A stretch of DNA of 64,000 bases from Candidatus Latescibacterota bacterium (GCA_965116875.1 OZ220733.1:4800001-4864000); one strand, 5' to 3'. Counted from the first letter of the stretch, positions 29,980 through 39,220 are shown. The notes: generated by a model not told the origin, from the sequence alone. Numbers and translations are program-made.

Positions 29980-30246
29980 TCATCTCTCTTCTTCATCCAA
30001 CAGTTGACCGAACGTGTCGAGGCTGGACGCCTGTACCGCGCCGCGGTGCAACTGTTCGAGACGCTTCACGTCGTCGACGTTCTCGATGCGGGCAGCCAGG
30101 GGATGCGAGGCGGGGAGGTCGAATCGGACGTCGAGTACGGCAAGGATACTTTTCCGCAGCCCCTGTTCAATGCCTTGTTCGATGCCTCGTTCGACGCCCT
30201 GTTGGGTGAGGTATCGGGCAAAGGATGATTCACGCAGGAGATCCAT
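29980..30246 (-). CDS. Predicted nested in-frame small protein (RpnS-like) of Rpn copy 1, 88 aa
   Basis: Internal AAGGAGG (30258-30252) followed by GG-ATG-ATG-GAT, in frame with the long ORF. Confidence 0.6.
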   Translation of the reverse strand: MDLLRESSFARYLTQQGVERGIEQGIEQGLRKSILAVLDVRFDLPASHPLAARIENVDDVKRLEQLHRGAVQASSLDTFGQLLDEEER

Positions 30247-30885
30247 CATCCCCTCCTTCGAAATGATATCAGTAATGGTTTCCGGCACATACGCCAGACC
30301 ACTCAGCAACGCCATTCCTGCGAGATAGTCGGCCTTTTCCGGCGGAGCCATTGAATGCGCGTGGGCGGCGCGCAAACATCGGCGCAACCACGCCCGGGAT
30401 GCCATCCCTTCAGGCGGCTTCATCAAAGGAGCGAAGGCGATCAGCCCCTCATGTCCAGCATCGAGAATGCCCTGACCATCCAGTTCGCTCAATCGGATCA
30501 CTTTGTACTGCACAAGCACCCGATGACCCGGATGCGACTGCGAATACTGTCCCGGATCCCGTTTTCCCGCATCCGGACGCAGATAGATGACGCTGGAACA
30601 CACGGGCAATCCGTGGCGTTCGATTGTCCGCCCGATATAGCCGGCCATGCGCCGCGGCATGGGCGGGTCGGTACTGTCCGTCGTTTGAAATTCGGTATGG
30701 ACCAGCGCCTCGCGGTCGTCAAAACGTACTTGAATGAGACTGTCGGCCTGGCTTGCAGAGACCGTAGGCTGCTGCGTGTCAACGACTTCGAGGACCTGAA
30801 CGTCCTCCCGCCCGAGGGTAAAACAGGCAAAATCGTCGGGATAGGTTTGGATCAGGTGCTTGGAAATCGCATCAAACTCTGCCAT
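29980..30885 (-). CDS. Rpn-family (recombination-promoting nuclease/putative transposase, PD-(D/E)XK) protein, copy 1
   Basis: FDAISKHL, ADSLI..HTEFQ, MPRRMAGY and VIYL motifs; C-terminal GIEQ repeats and IENVDD..LEQL tail. Confidence 0.85.
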   Translation of the reverse strand: MAEFDAISKHLIQTYPDDFACFTLGREDVQVLEVVDTQQPTVSASQADSLIQVRFDDREALVHTEFQTTDSTDPPMPRRMAGYIGRTIERHGLPVCSSVIYLRPDAGKRDPGQYSQSHPGHRVLVQYKVIRLSELDGQGILDAGHEGLIAFAPLMKPPEGMASRAWLRRCLRAAHAHSMAPPEKADYLAGMALLSGLAYVPETITDIISKEGMMDLLRESSFARYLTQQGVERGIEQGIEQGLRKSILAVLDVRFDLPASHPLAARIENVDDVKRLEQLHRGAVQASSLDTFGQLLDEEER

Positions 30886-31027
30886 GCAGAACGCCCAGGG
30901 GGAGGAGGAACGGGTCTCTATAAACAAGATATGTGATCAGGACGGAAAGTCAATTGCATCCGGAAAATATCCGATGAATCAAATACGACCCGCGCCCGTC
31001 TCTGGCATCTCGATGTCGACCAATGCT

Positions 31028-31202
31028 TGTTATTTTAACGTATTCCGGCAGAAGGACAATGAGACGGGCAGACAGGAATGTCTGCCCCACCCCGCAATCA
31101 CGACCACGCAACCCCCGATTGCGAGAACGAGCGACCGGCCGGTCGCCCATGCGATATGCAAAAAGCCTGATATGCAATGACATATCAGGCTTTATTCATT
31201 CA
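31028..31202. repeat. Rpn-flanking composite repeat, copy A (diverged)
   Basis: GGGCAGACAGGAATGTCTGCCCCAC, GCGACCGGCCGGTCGC and AAAGCCTGATATG..CATATCAGGCTTT hairpins in the same order as copies B and C. Confidence 0.85.
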
Positions 31203-31381
31203 ATCGGCATAGGTCAATCCGGACCGGCTATCCAATGTCGATGCATCACATTCAGGAATGGCCCGCGACCGTTGCCACGTCCACTTGAATCGTACGGTCA
31301 CCTCTCGTATGTGCCCGACCTCTTTCAGTCCGCTGATTGCTGATCGAGTGGATGTTTGACTACACAACCCGCAATCATCGG

Positions 31382-31660
31382 TCACCCCGGGTTCCTGTAT
31401 AGACGAAGAAGCTGCAGCACCGCCTTCTGAACTTCGATATCCAGCCCGTGTAACGTCTCCTGCAGCAACCTGCCGATCTTCCATTCCTGCTTTTCCATTT
31501 TGTCGTCTTCGAAGAACAGGAAGAGCACGTAGGGTTCAACGCCGAATCCGGCGGCGATCTTCTCCAGGGTGTCAAAGGTCAGGTTGATCTCACCGCGTTC
31601 GATTCCCCCGACGTACCGGTAGTCCAGATCCAGTTTCCTGCCCAGTTCGGTTTGCGTCAG
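31382..31660 (-). pseudogene. 5'-truncated XRE-family HTH regulator (not in ORF track)
   Basis: Hand translation LTQTELGRKLDLDYRYVGGIERGEINLTFDTLEKIAAGFGVEPYVLF...RNPG*; no ATG/GTG before an in-frame TAA at 31690-31688; first helix missing. Confidence 0.75.
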
Positions 31661-31823
31661 TGAAAAGAAGAGACTAAATCGCCCAGCTTATCCGGTTGAG
31701 GTAGCCCCCACGCGCATCGGAAGGTCAACGGGATATGGTGCATCGTGTATTCTTTCGCTTAGATTCGTGCACGCTGCCTGCTGAATTCTTGTGTCGAATC
31801 GTCGCCGATATGCCATCGATTCT

Positions 31824-32046
31824 CGTTGCAAAATGCGACATACGTTGCAAAATGCGACAAATGACCATGAACTAACAATATAAATAACTAATAAACAATA
31901 ATTAAACTATAACATGCCATGGAGATTTTGCCGATTTCGGCGTGCATTTTGCAACGTCTTCTCTATTCGGTCAGTAATTGTCTTCGACTTAACTTACTAA
32001 TATACAATAATTTCTTCGATTCCATATCTCCGGCACGGTTTTTGCA
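31824..32046 (+). promoter_or_regulatory. Sigma54-type promoter with upstream repeated activator-like sites
   Basis: CGGCACGGTTTTTGCA (GG-N10-GC, 32031-32046); CGTTGCAAAATGCGACA twice (31824-31840, 31843-31859); inverted GCATTTTGCAACG (31944-31956); AT-rich spacers. Confidence 0.65.
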
Positions 32047-32132
32047 TTTCGCAAACTGCCGATGCCATCGGACCACATGGACAGTTCGTGTTTTTCCGCG
32101 AGAAGGTGACAAACCTACCAAGGGAGGTCGTC

Positions 32133-32588
32133 ATGATGTTGGTACGCAGAATTGTAATGATCGCATTAACACTGTCGTGCATCTATGCGCCTGTGGCGGG
32201 AGAACCGATTGTCAAGCAAATCACCCTGAAATCAGATGAGGGCGACGAAAGGAAGCGAGATACCGGACTGGCACTCTTGTGCTTTGCTGCCAGTGCAGGG
32301 ATGGCTTACTATTCGCTGCAACAATTCGCGCTGGATAGCGAGGCCGACAATAATCAGACGAATTGTGTTATAGATGGTGGTGACATCGCTTCGTGCGAGA
32401 GGCAGTACCCTAACGAAAAATATTATCTAAAAGGCGCGCTGGCGGCGGCTGGTTCCGGCATTATGTTCGGATTCGGCTTAAAGGCATGGAGCGGCAAGGC
32501 CGAAAAGGCAAACCTGGGCAAGTCATTGATGATCGGAGTAAGGTCCGTTCGTCGCGGGGCTGTGGCTGCAGCGCAGCTGCGATTCTAG
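32133..32588 (+). CDS. Hypothetical exported/membrane protein
   Basis: GGAGG RBS; signal peptide; two hydrophobic segments around a Cys pair; ends in beta-strand-like QLRF. Confidence 0.7.
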   Translation: MMLVRRIVMIALTLSCIYAPVAGEPIVKQITLKSDEGDERKRDTGLALLCFAASAGMAYYSLQQFALDSEADNNQTNCVIDGGDIASCERQYPNEKYYLKGALAAAGSGIMFGFGLKAWSGKAEKANLGKSLMIGVRSVRRGAVAAAQLRF

Positions 32589-32710
32589 GACGTGCCCAAC
32601 ATCGCGCAGACGGGACATAGAGGTGGCCAGACAAGAGGCTGGCGCACGAGGCGGGTCGGTTGAATAACCGATGTCGAACGAACGCGCCGAGTCGTGGAGG
32701 GACCCCCGTG

Positions 32711-33214
32711 ATGTTGACAAAGGAAGGATTAGTGAGACTAGCGATTATCGCTTTGCTGTTCGTCGGTGTCGCGACGCATGCGGACGCTACGAAGCATAAT
32801 TTCAAGGGAAAGTTTCGGCGCGACACCAAGGGCGACTGGTACCCGGCAACCATTGTGATCAAGCCTAGATCTGTCATTATTTCCCATAACGGCTACACGA
32901 TCGCCAAGATTGGTCCCGGCGCCAAGATTGCGGCGGGCATGCACAAGAAGATCGGTAAATCCTACTTGGGCGTGCTGGCCGGGGGTATCGCGACGGCTGG
33001 AGGATTGATTTCAGCAACGTCGATGAAAGACAAGAAAAAGACTGCCATAGCGGCGCTCTTGCCGGTTGTCGGCGCCGTCGTGACTGCTGTCGTTCGTCAT
33101 GAAAACCGCATCCATTTCACGCTCTCTGACAGTACGAAATTACTACTTCAGATTCGGATAGGCGGCGGTCTCGAGGACGAGTTCTATCGTCGGGCCCGTG
33201 ATATGCTACAATGA
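32711..33214 (+). CDS. Hypothetical exported/membrane protein
   Basis: GGAGG RBS; signal peptide (ADA); basic protein with a hydrophobic hairpin. Confidence 0.65.
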   Translation: MLTKEGLVRLAIIALLFVGVATHADATKHNFKGKFRRDTKGDWYPATIVIKPRSVIISHNGYTIAKIGPGAKIAAGMHKKIGKSYLGVLAGGIATAGGLISATSMKDKKKTAIAALLPVVGAVVTAVVRHENRIHFTLSDSTKLLLQIRIGGGLEDEFYRRARDMLQ

Positions 33215-33311
33215 CGGGAAATCCACGCGGGCTGTCTTATCGCGACGAGGACACGACAAAATGCGATAAGCCTTAAATTAGGGAATTCCTCAAGTGCGGC
33301 GTAACAATGTT

Positions 33312-35125
33312 GAGTCCTCTCCGAAAACGGGTGTTATGGGAACATCGTAAGAGTGGTCAGCGTTGGAACTTGAGAAGGAGCGTGTGTCGGAGATAAGGCG
33401 CGTAGGTGCGGCCTAACGCAGCAGGGGCAAGGTACAACGTTGCTCAGGGCGATGATATAGCGGTTTTTCGCAATAAATCTCCACTTATGCGGGTAGCATC
33501 GTGGGTGTTGCGACGTAATTCCGGATTCGAACCAGATTGACCCATAAGGTGCGACAGCGCGCCCACCATTGATGTGGCATCAATCCGCGATAGCGGGTTT
33601 TACCGTTTCGGGTGTAATAGCTCAACTGGAAGATGCTGGCTTCGACGTTATTGCGTCGGTTTCTGATGTGTTCAGGCAGGGCTTCAATCTGTTTACGTTT
33701 AAGGTAATTGTCGATGTGTTGTTCTTTAAAGTATCGGGGTTTGCCATCGATGATGAGTTTGTATTTTCCCGGTTTGTATTCCTGGGCAATGTGCACCACT
33801 CCGGTTTTTCGATCCGTGACGGTGACGCCGTCATCTGTGCGTTCATAGATGAAACGTCCTGGGGTTCCCTGCAAGCCATTGTAATAGAATTGCTTGTTCT
33901 GTTCTTCTGCATACTCGGCGTTGGATGGATCGTGATACGCCCCATCCATTGACACTTCCCGAACCTGTCCGACCACATGCTGTGTGCGCTCGATCGCCGC
34001 CTGCACAAACCCGTTGTCGGGCGCCGTCGCGGGTTTGACGTCAACGTCCGTGATCAAGTTGAGGCCCTCGTCACCACAGGTCTCGGCGAGGTTGACACTG
34101 TATCCTTTTACCTTATCCTCCCCTTTCTTACGAAAGGCCGCATCTTCGTCATCGGGGGACTGCAACGAGGATGCGGAGATCTCGTCAGGCGGCTTGGGAA
34201 GCACCTGTTTGGAGGATGATATCACCGTATATTGGTCCCCGAAAACACGCGCCATCACACCATAGTGATTGCTGTCTTGCTCGGTATAGGTCGCCTGAAG
34301 CCTGCTCAATAACACACCGTATTCCTGTAGCTTCTCCCCTTTTTCAGCACGGGTGAGTCGGTAGACAACCTGATGGGGTTTCACCTTGAGCATTGCGTCC
34401 AGAACCTGCCGATCTCTTGCCGATAATCGTCGCTTCAGGTCCTCGTCCAACGATCCCCAGAACCGGTGTAAGCAACTCACCACCAACTGCAACCGACAAC
34501 ACAACGCAATGTTCGAGCCGATCAACTTACTGTCCATTCGGATTTGCTGACCCAACACACCGAAGGCATTGGCCTGCGTCTTGGTTAAGCTGCTAAAGAC
34601 CTCGCCAACCAGGTCTTGACCGGTGTTCAGTTGATATGCATACAAGGCCTGCTTGAACAGGTAATACGTCGACTCCACAGGCGCCTCATCAGACAGATTC
34701 ATCAATCCCAATGCCCGCATCGCCAGTATGTTGAACCGACATTGCTCGAACAGTTGCGCATCGCTCCACCCAAAGCCCTCCTTCATGATCATCATGGCAA
34801 ACAACTGACGGATGGGCGCATTGGGACGGCCGATGTCGGCATCAAACAACACCGAAAACACATCCTCGTCTATCTTTGACGTGAGGTGCTCGTAAAACAG
34901 ATTATGCCACGACTTCGCATCATTCAACTGCGCCTGTTTCCGATCCGTGAAGTGTGACTCGAAATTCGAAAACAAATCCGGTTGACTGCACGACGCGCTT
35001 TTCTTAAACATCGCTACCGTCCCTCGCTCGTCTTCCGTTTTACATCTGAAACTTCGCATCCTCTTGTCATTTGGAATTTAGCACTTTTTTCTCAATAAGA
35101 AAACTCGACTTTTCGGAGTGGACTC
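33312..35125 (-). mobile_element. Complete insertion sequence (IS1182/IS5-like DDE), 1814 bp
   Basis: TIRs GAGTCCTCTCCGAAAA (33312-33327) and TTTTCGGAGTGGACTC (35110-35125), 15/16 match; direct repeat AATGTT at 33306-33311 and 35126-35131. Confidence 0.92.
33485..35011 (-). CDS. DDE transposase
   Basis: DUF772-like N-terminus (GRPNAP..WSDAQLFE), RMDS, MDGAY and RNNVEASI..KTRYRG motifs. Confidence 0.92.
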   Translation of the reverse strand: MFKKSASCSQPDLFSNFESHFTDRKQAQLNDAKSWHNLFYEHLTSKIDEDVFSVLFDADIGRPNAPIRQLFAMMIMKEGFGWSDAQLFEQCRFNILAMRALGLMNLSDEAPVESTYYLFKQALYAYQLNTGQDLVGEVFSSLTKTQANAFGVLGQQIRMDSKLIGSNIALCCRLQLVVSCLHRFWGSLDEDLKRRLSARDRQVLDAMLKVKPHQVVYRLTRAEKGEKLQEYGVLLSRLQATYTEQDSNHYGVMARVFGDQYTVISSSKQVLPKPPDEISASSLQSPDDEDAAFRKKGEDKVKGYSVNLAETCGDEGLNLITDVDVKPATAPDNGFVQAAIERTQHVVGQVREVSMDGAYHDPSNAEYAEEQNKQFYYNGLQGTPGRFIYERTDDGVTVTDRKTGVVHIAQEYKPGKYKLIIDGKPRYFKEQHIDNYLKRKQIEALPEHIRNRRNNVEASIFQLSYYTRNGKTRYRGLMPHQWWARCRTLWVNLVRIRNYVATPTMLPA

Positions 35126-35255
35126 AATGTTGAGGTCAATTCCCCGCCCGCTATTGAAGAGTGGTTGTTGCAAATCGGAAATGACCCGTCGATCCGGAGC
35201 AGATCGAATTTGTGGACAACTTTAACTCCAGACCACATCTCGGGAGAATAGACAA

Positions 35256-35642
35256 ATGAACCGTACAATGATTGGTTCGATTCTGGGGACAGTGGCAGTA
35301 GTCGTGGTCTCCATTGTAACAGCAGCGATGTACGTCGCAAGGCTGGAGGAACGTGTCAAGAACCTTGAGATCGATTCACAACAGCAAGAGAACAGAACGA
35401 ACATTGCAATCAGGACCTTTGCAAACACACCGCGACCTCGCGGATCACAGGTGGGATTTGCAAATAGTGGGAGTTGGGGGGTCTGGAGCGACCCTCAGTT
35501 CTGTCCAGATGGTTACTACGTTTGCGGATTGAAACAGAAAGTTGAACCCAGACAGGGTGACGGCGATGACTCCGCGATGAACGCGGTCGCTTTTTATTGT
35601 TGCCCTTTAGACCCGCAAGCTGAACCCAACGCAAGTCAGTGA
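35256..35642 (+). CDS. Membrane-anchored coiled-coil protein with one VMO-I (vitelline membrane outer layer protein I)-like repeat
   Basis: TM helix, LEERVKNLE coiled coil, then WGVWS..CPDGYYVCGLKQKVEPRQGDGDDSAMNAVAFYCC. Confidence 0.7.
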   Translation: MNRTMIGSILGTVAVVVVSIVTAAMYVARLEERVKNLEIDSQQQENRTNIAIRTFANTPRPRGSQVGFANSGSWGVWSDPQFCPDGYYVCGLKQKVEPRQGDGDDSAMNAVAFYCCPLDPQAEPNASQ

Positions 35643-35806
35643 TGAGCTTGCCATCGCGGAACCTGCACAACCAAAGACCCCTTGCTCCCTTTGTCTCCAA
35701 CATCTATTTTTGACCTCATTTTATACTCTTCTCTCCGCCCAAAATTCGACGTTAAACTCGGAGGGGGGTTGTCTCACTTTATGATTGGCACGGAGGGAAA
35801 GCTACA

Positions 35807-36385
35807 ATGAATAAGCGAATCTTCAAGCAATGGATTATTCTCGTGATCCTTTTCTATATTGTAGCACTCGTCATCGGAATCATGCTGAAGAACTGTGATA
35901 CTGGCGACGGTGAGCCGTTGTACAATACATTCAAGGACCTCTTGCCATTGATAATTGCCATTCCTGTCGTTTGGCTAGGCTACTGTTTCCACGGTCGACT
36001 TGCCTATCTGAGAGACGTTCGCGAACTGTGGTCAAAGATTGTTGTGGCAGTACAAGAAGCCATCCAATACACTCACCTCAAAACTCCTTCACAGTCGGAA
36101 TTTGGAACCGTGTTGAAGAACCTCAGTATAGCGACGGAAGAACTGCGAGCTATATTTATCAATATTGGCGAAGGGAGGGAAGGGATCGGTTTGTATCCAT
36201 ACGAAAGCATCAAGACCATCCACGCCCAAATATCATGTCTCAGCTTTGGACCGCAATTTACCGAGAAAAACGCGAAGGTGGCACGTAATCAGATAGTTGC
36301 GAGTTGGAAAGAGTTCAGGAAACACTACCTCAATGAGCTAGAGCGAAGTGTTCCCACCGATATTGATAGTCCTTTCTTCAAGTAG
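35807..36385 (+). CDS. Hypothetical two-TM membrane protein
   Basis: GGAGG RBS; two N-terminal TM helices plus a helical domain; AT-rich coding. Confidence 0.75.
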   Translation: MNKRIFKQWIILVILFYIVALVIGIMLKNCDTGDGEPLYNTFKDLLPLIIAIPVVWLGYCFHGRLAYLRDVRELWSKIVVAVQEAIQYTHLKTPSQSEFGTVLKNLSIATEELRAIFINIGEGREGIGLYPYESIKTIHAQISCLSFGPQFTEKNAKVARNQIVASWKEFRKHYLNELERSVPTDIDSPFFK

Positions 36386-36819
36386 GCATATTTGGACAGT
36401 GCTACCAGCAGATAGTAAGTATCATTAACGGGTGAAGGCCTTATCAGGCAATTGTTATTCCAGCCTGCTTGTCTACGGTGGAATTGTTGTCAAATGTCTT
36501 GGATAGGGGAGAGCGCATCCTGGTGGTTTAAGCGGCGCCTCCTGGAATCGCAGCGACGGCGCGCTCTTCGCGCCAACGCCACGTTTACGGCGCCAAAATC
36601 CGCATCGTATGAGCCGTAATGTGCGGGGGCGTGGATTGATTGATTCGTGAAAATTGACAGTCCCAGGTGGCTCCATTGTGCCGATCATGGGCTGCCCGAT
36701 CAGTGCAATCCGTGACAACACTCTCACGTCAAAACACGCGCTCGTTTAGCCCGGGTTGAACGGGGGCTTCTGGGATAAGGGTGTTTACTAAGATAAATGA
36801 CCTGGAAAGGATTTACAGC

Positions 36820-37890
36820 ATGCAATCGCCAATCCGTGGATTCACTAGCTCAGTAACCGTAGCATACTTCATCGCAATTGTCTGCGGGCTGTTCAACGTC
36901 GCATTTGCGCAACTTCCGCCCGAGGTCCTTGCGGATAAATATCTCATGCAGGCGGAACAACTGGCTGAGAAAGATGAATTTGACGGTGCGCTCAGCCTCA
37001 TGGACTCAATCAAGACAATGGAAAAGGATCAAAATATCACCCTGCGTGAGGACTTCCATTTCATGCACGCGAAGTTTGCCTACGCGGCGGGCAGGGCGCA
37101 GACTGCAATGGACGCGGTGAGCGAGTATCTGTCAGCGGGTCGCCGGGGCGAATACTATGACGAAGCGCTGGCGCTGTTGATCAGGGCCGAACAGGTACTT
37201 GCCGACTTTGACTTAACCGCTGCGAAAAAGTGCACGTCGGTTATTCAATTGAGAGATCCCTCTCGTTACACCACCCTTGATGGGAGGTCTGGGAAGCGTG
37301 TTTCTGAAGCTTCCTACTGTTGGCGGGCATTGATCAACCCTCCGGGTTGCCAAATATGGGTCGATAGCTACATGTTCGTTCATCGCAACATGCACTGGAC
37401 GGGCAAGTGTCCGGACGGTCGGGCAGAGGGGAAGGGCACGCTCACGGCAGTTTGGAGTTATGTAGCAGGTTCATACAGTTACGCGGATTCGCTGGGCCAC
37501 CGGGGGCGGTTCATAAAAGGCCGACCCCATGGCGATTGGGATATTCGCTGGTACGAAAACGGGCAGCTTCGTCGTCCAAACGCTGTCTCGACCGATGATT
37601 TCCTGGTTCGCAAGGGTCGATATGAATACGGCAAGAAGCACGGAAAATGGACTACTCGGTATCGGGTGTTTTTCGGTGATACTCGAACGCATAGAGTTCA
37701 AGGAAATACAGGCGAATATTCACAAGGATTGAAGGAAGGCGAATGGTTGTATGGGCGTCGTACTGCCTGTGAATCCGTGACATATCGTGCAGGCGCGAGG
37801 CTGGAGTCCAGCCGTGTTGACTCGGTGGTTTGTCAGCAGAAGCTAAGCAACGTCGAAGGCTATGGTTGGTCGAAATACGGACGGCGATAA
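36820..37890 (+). CDS. Secreted protein with helical TPR-like N-domain and MORN-like repeats
   Basis: Signal peptide (AFA-Q); helical repeat region; WTGKCPDGRAEGKG and G.Y..G.K.G.W repeats. Confidence 0.65.
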   Translation: MQSPIRGFTSSVTVAYFIAIVCGLFNVAFAQLPPEVLADKYLMQAEQLAEKDEFDGALSLMDSIKTMEKDQNITLREDFHFMHAKFAYAAGRAQTAMDAVSEYLSAGRRGEYYDEALALLIRAEQVLADFDLTAAKKCTSVIQLRDPSRYTTLDGRSGKRVSEASYCWRALINPPGCQIWVDSYMFVHRNMHWTGKCPDGRAEGKGTLTAVWSYVAGSYSYADSLGHRGRFIKGRPHGDWDIRWYENGQLRRPNAVSTDDFLVRKGRYEYGKKHGKWTTRYRVFFGDTRTHRVQGNTGEYSQGLKEGEWLYGRRTACESVTYRAGARLESSRVDSVVCQQKLSNVEGYGWSKYGRR

Positions 37891-38007
37891 GGGGGTTTAC
37901 AAGAGATCACGCCGAACTATCGCCTTTTTAGCGATAATCCCGTCTACTACGTCATATGTCAACACAGCCAAGAATACAGGAGCGACTAAAGCCTGACTTG
38001 AGTCTGA

Positions 38008-38176
38008 ATTCCTTCAGAAGGAAAATGAGAAGGGCAGACAGGAATGTCCGCCCCACCCTGCAGAAACCACCACACAATCCCGATTGACTGGGTTTTCAGG
38101 GCGACCGGCCGGTCGCCCCTGCAATACGCAAAAAGCCTGATATGCAACGACATATCAGGCTTTGTTTATTCAGTTT
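38008..38176. repeat. Rpn-flanking composite repeat, copy B
   Basis: 38024-38176 matches 39393-39545 at 151/153 positions by hand alignment. Confidence 0.92.
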
Positions 38177-38302
38177 TACAGCAAAGATCGGCGAACGATT
38201 CGCGACTGGTCTCCGGCGCCAGATCAAAACGGGACAACGCACCTGTAGCGTGCATTGTCCCGCATTTTTCGTTCGATGGGAAGGATGTTCAGGGAATGAT
38301 GC

Positions 38303-38581
38303 TCATCCCTCTTCTTGATCCATCAGTTGACCGAACGCGTCGAGGCTGGCCGCCTGTACCGCGCCGCGGTGCAGCTGTTCGAGACGCTTCACGTCGTCGA
38401 CGTTTTCGATGCGGGCGGCGAATGGATGCGACGCAGCGACGTCGAATCGGACGTCCAGTACGGCGAGGATACTTCTCCGGAGCCCTTGCTCGATCCCTTG
38501 TTCAATCCCCTGCTCAATTCCTTGCTCGACGCCCTGTCGGGTGAGGTATTGGGCAAACGACGATTCACGTACGAGATCCAT
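38303..38581 (-). CDS. Predicted nested in-frame small protein (RpnS-like) of Rpn copy 2, 92 aa
   Basis: Internal AAGGAGG (38593-38587) followed by GC-ATG-ATG-GAT, in frame. Confidence 0.6.
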   Translation of the reverse strand: MDLVRESSFAQYLTRQGVEQGIEQGIEQGIEQGLRRSILAVLDVRFDVAASHPFAARIENVDDVKRLEQLHRGAVQAASLDAFGQLMDQEEG

Positions 38582-39220
38582 CATGCCCTCCTTCGAAATG
38601 ATATCAGTAATGGTTTCCGGCACGTACACCAGACCGCTCAGCAACGCCATTCCTGCAAGATAGTCGGCTTTTTTCGGCAGAGCCATCGCACGCGCGTGTG
38701 CGGCGTGCAGACATCGGCGCAACCACGCCTGTGAATCCAACCCTTCAGGAGGCTTCATCAACGGCGCGAAGGCGATCAGCCCCTCGTGTCCCGCATCCAG
38801 AACCCCCTGGCCATCCTGCTCGCTCAATCGGATCACCCGGTATTGCACAAATACCTGGTGGCCCGGATGCGATTGCGAATACTGACCGGGATCCTGTCCT
38901 CCCGAATCCGGACGCAGGTAGATGACGCTGGAACAGACTGGCAACCCATGGCGCTCGATCGCCCGCCCGATATAGCCGACCATGCGACGCGGCATGGGCG
39001 GATCGGTACTGTCCGTCGTTTGAAATTCGGTGTGAACCAGTGCCTCGCGGTCGTCGATGCGCACGCGAATGAGACTGTCGGCCTGGCTTGTCGAGACCGT
39101 GGGCTGCTGGGTGTCGATGACTTCGAGGACTTCCACTTCCTCCCGACCGAGCGTGAAGCTGGCAAAGTCCTCGGGATAGCTTTGTATCAGGTGCTTGGAA
39201 ATCGCATCAAACTCTGCCAT
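38303..39220 (-). CDS. Rpn-family protein, copy 2
   Basis: Close paralog of 29980-30885 with one extra GIEQ repeat. Confidence 0.85.
   Translation of the reverse strand: MAEFDAISKHLIQSYPEDFASFTLGREEVEVLEVIDTQQPTVSTSQADSLIRVRIDDREALVHTEFQTTDSTDPPMPRRMVGYIGRAIERHGLPVCSSVIYLRPDSGGQDPGQYSQSHPGHQVFVQYRVIRLSEQDGQGVLDAGHEGLIAFAPLMKPPEGLDSQAWLRRCLHAAHARAMALPKKADYLAGMALLSGLVYVPETITDIISKEGMMDLVRESSFAQYLTRQGVEQGIEQGIEQGIEQGLRRSILAVLDVRFDVAASHPFAARIENVDDVKRLEQLHRGAVQAASLDAFGQLMDQEEG

Noticed and set aside
32594-32665. Possible integron attC (GCCCAAC...GTTGAAT) in the co-oriented island genes
   Set aside because: The inner arms do not pair, no similar sites follow the other genes, and no integrase is present.
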